From Butyrivibrio sp. (lineage in GTDB: Bacteria > Bacillota > Clostridia > Lachnospirales > Lachnospiraceae), in the NCBI GenBank assembly GCA_045641925.1, contig JAZUHV010000177.1, forward strand, positions 1 through 35,384: a DNA stretch of 35,384 bases, read 5' to 3'. The notes beneath the pieces are model-generated. The model was not told the DNA's origin. It saw only the letters and a list, made by a program, of their open reading frames with translations, and ran no database searches. A program made the translations under genes and the position numbers. Below, piece after piece: positions 33,802 to 35,384 of the stretch (positions within the stretch are counted from its first letter, which is position 1; each line of letters opens with the position of its first letter).

Positions 33802-35384
33802 AACTGATTTCCTGTCGGGTTGAAAATTTTGGTGCACTTTCCGATGTAACGATGCAATTTGAAAAGGGATTACATACAATCTGTCAGGGCAATGGATACG
33901 GAAAGTCCACCCTGGCGGCATTCCTTCGCATTATGTTTTTTGGCTTTGAGAATGAAAATGCCAGAAAAGATGTGACCATAAACAATGAACGTGAGAAATA
34001 CCGTCCTTGGCAGGGCGGGACCTATGGCGGACATATTGTATTTTCTGTAGGGGAAGATGTTTATCGGCTGAGCAGAATCTTTCATGAGACGAAAAAGAAC
34101 GATGAATTTGAACTGCGTGATATGCATACCAATTTGGTCAGTGATCGCTTTAGTACAGAAATTGGCATGGAACTATTCGGCGTAGATTCTATATCTTTTC
34201 AACGAACCGCCTGGATTAATCAGGACGATTGTAAGACTGGGGCAACAGATAAAATTGCTGCTAAAATTTGCAATCTGTCTGAAATGTCCGATGATTTAGC
34301 GGGGTATGAAAAGGCAGATACTTACCTTAAGGATTTGCTGAATGAATATTCGCCGAATCGGAAGACCGGAAAAATTGCAAGGCTTCGCGAGGAAGTGGAG
34401 AGCCTTCGTGTGCTGACAATGCAACCGGAGCAGGCCCTTCACAGAACCGAGGGGAATGACCGTTTGCGTGCTTATGAGGAACAGTTAAAGGAACAGGCAT
34501 TAACGCAGCGTGAAGAAAACCGCCTTGAGGAACTTCAGGATTTGTTTTCTGAGGGAATTCCTGGGGAGGAACAGATTGATCATATGCTGGAAATTGCCGA
34601 ACGCAAGCATAATACCATGAATGCCCGCAATGAGCGACAAACGAAGGCGGATACAATGGAACAGCTTCTTAGAAAGAATTCTGTTCGCCAGGGTGGGAAG
34701 GAAACTCCGACACCTACAACCAGAAAGAAAAGCGGAGCAGGATGGATTATTTTCGGCCTTTTGATTTGTATTATATCCGTGGCGGCGGGATATTTTCTGT
34801 CCGTTTATGGCTATATTGGAATAGCACCCGGTGTTCTTTGTATCATCATTGGTATTTTGATTCCATCTGCCTTTCGCAAACTTCACGAGTCTGATTCGGA
34901 TTCTGACGATGAGGACGATGAAGACCTGGACGATGACGAGGAGGATGACGATGACGATACTCGTAAGGAATTGGATGATTTGTACCATCTGATTGCGCAG
35001 GACGAGGATTTTATTCGCGAGAGTGAGACCACCCTTCGTTCTTTCTTTGAATTGTACGGGATGGAATATATTGAAAAACGGGACCAGATGCTTTTGATGG
35101 AATTAAAGAGCGACATTCGGGAGTATCGCGATTTGCTAGGAAGAAGGGAACAACAGTCCCATGTTCAGGAACGTTTCGAGTCCGAACTTCAAAAAATTTC
35201 ACAGTTACTGCAGGAGAAGGAGCAGGAGCTTGCAAGGCTTTTGCAGTTTTATAATCGTATTGAATTAACCAGGGAGTATTTGGGAAAAGCACGTCAAAAT
35301 TTGAGCAATCGGTATATGGGGCCGGTGATGGAACGATTTGCTGCCTATTATCGTCAGATTGATGCAGAACATGCGGATTATTTT
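33798..35384 (+). CDS. YhaN/SbcC(Rad50)-like coiled-coil ATPase, 3' end beyond the window (absent from the ORF track)
   Basis: ATG 33798 overlaps the upstream TGA (ATGA) after GGAGG. My translation gives MKLISCRVENFG...GNGYGKSTLAAFLRIMFFG (Walker A), YRPWQGGTYGG, coiled coil, two hydrophobic segments and an acidic tract; the frame stays open to the window end (529 codons). Confidence 0.88.
   Translation, partial: MKLISCRVENFGALSDVTMQFEKGLHTICQGNGYGKSTLAAFLRIMFFGFENENARKDVTINNEREKYRPWQGGTYGGHIVFSVGEDVYRLSRIFHETKKNDEFELRDMHTNLVSDRFSTEIGMELFGVDSISFQRTAWINQDDCKTGATDKIAAKICNLSEMSDDLAGYEKADTYLKDLLNEYSPNRKTGKIARLREEVESLRVLTMQPEQALHRTEGNDRLRAYEEQLKEQALTQREENRLEELQDLFSEGIPGEEQIDHMLEIAERKHNTMNARNERQTKADTMEQLLRKNSVRQGGKETPTPTTRKKSGAGWIIFGLLICIISVAAGYFLSVYGYIGIAPGVLCIIIGILIPSAFRKLHESDSDSDDEDDEDLDDDEEDDDDDTRKELDDLYHLIAQDEDFIRESETTLRSFFELYGMEYIEKRDQMLLMELKSDIREYRDLLGRREQQSHVQERFESELQKISQLLQEKEQELARLLQFYNRIELTREYLGKARQNLSNRYMGPVMERFAAYYRQIDAEHADYF

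Noticed and set aside
34887-34958. GAC/GAT/GAG run as a microsatellite or phase-variation tract
   Set aside because: Codons are mixed and in frame; this is protein-level low complexity, not a perfect tandem repeat.
34500-35116. Minus-strand ORFs with Ile/Val-rich and poly-Ser stretches
   Set aside because: They are antisense shadows of the acidic GAY/GAR tract in the YhaN-like gene.
1-35384. CRISPR arrays, tRNA/rRNA, transposases, integrases, prophage genes and the remaining short alternate-frame ORFs
   Set aside because: No repeat-spacer periodicity or diagnostic motifs were seen. The short ORFs lie within or across stronger genes and lack independent support.

Overview
This 35.4 kb window looks like chromosomal DNA from a Firmicute, probably Lachnospiraceae-like (inferred from gene content, AGGAGG-type RBSs and sigma-A promoters). 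About 27 kb (1172-28086, + strand) is a beta-mannan (acetylated galacto-/glucomannan) utilisation locus. Its enzymes are a GH36 alpha-galactosidase, two GH130 phosphorylases, an AGE-family (mannobiose/cellobiose) 2-epimerase, a CE2 esterase, a CE17-like lipoprotein esterase and a third SGNH hydrolase, with a LacI regulator. The standout is an unusually elaborate uptake module in the middle (6128-22604). It comprises a ~990-aa non-lipoprotein solute-binding protein with tandem CBM-like domains, two separate ABC permease pairs, an NHL/TPR membrane-anchored protein, a Yip1 membrane protein, an 873-aa DUF5696-like protein, a lipoprotein with three repeated beta-sandwich-like modules and a second SBP, bracketed by two DUF624 proteins. 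No ATPase and no recognisable endo-mannanase is present in the window. Flanks: degV/fakB (left); a convergent GH2, mutY, a hypothetical gene and a YhaO/YhaN (SbcD/SbcC-like) pair running off the right edge. Intergenic regions carry consensus promoters, operator-like palindromes and G-U-rich RNA hairpins. No CRISPR, rRNA, tRNA or transposase was seen. All family calls come from motif recognition by eye, not database searches.
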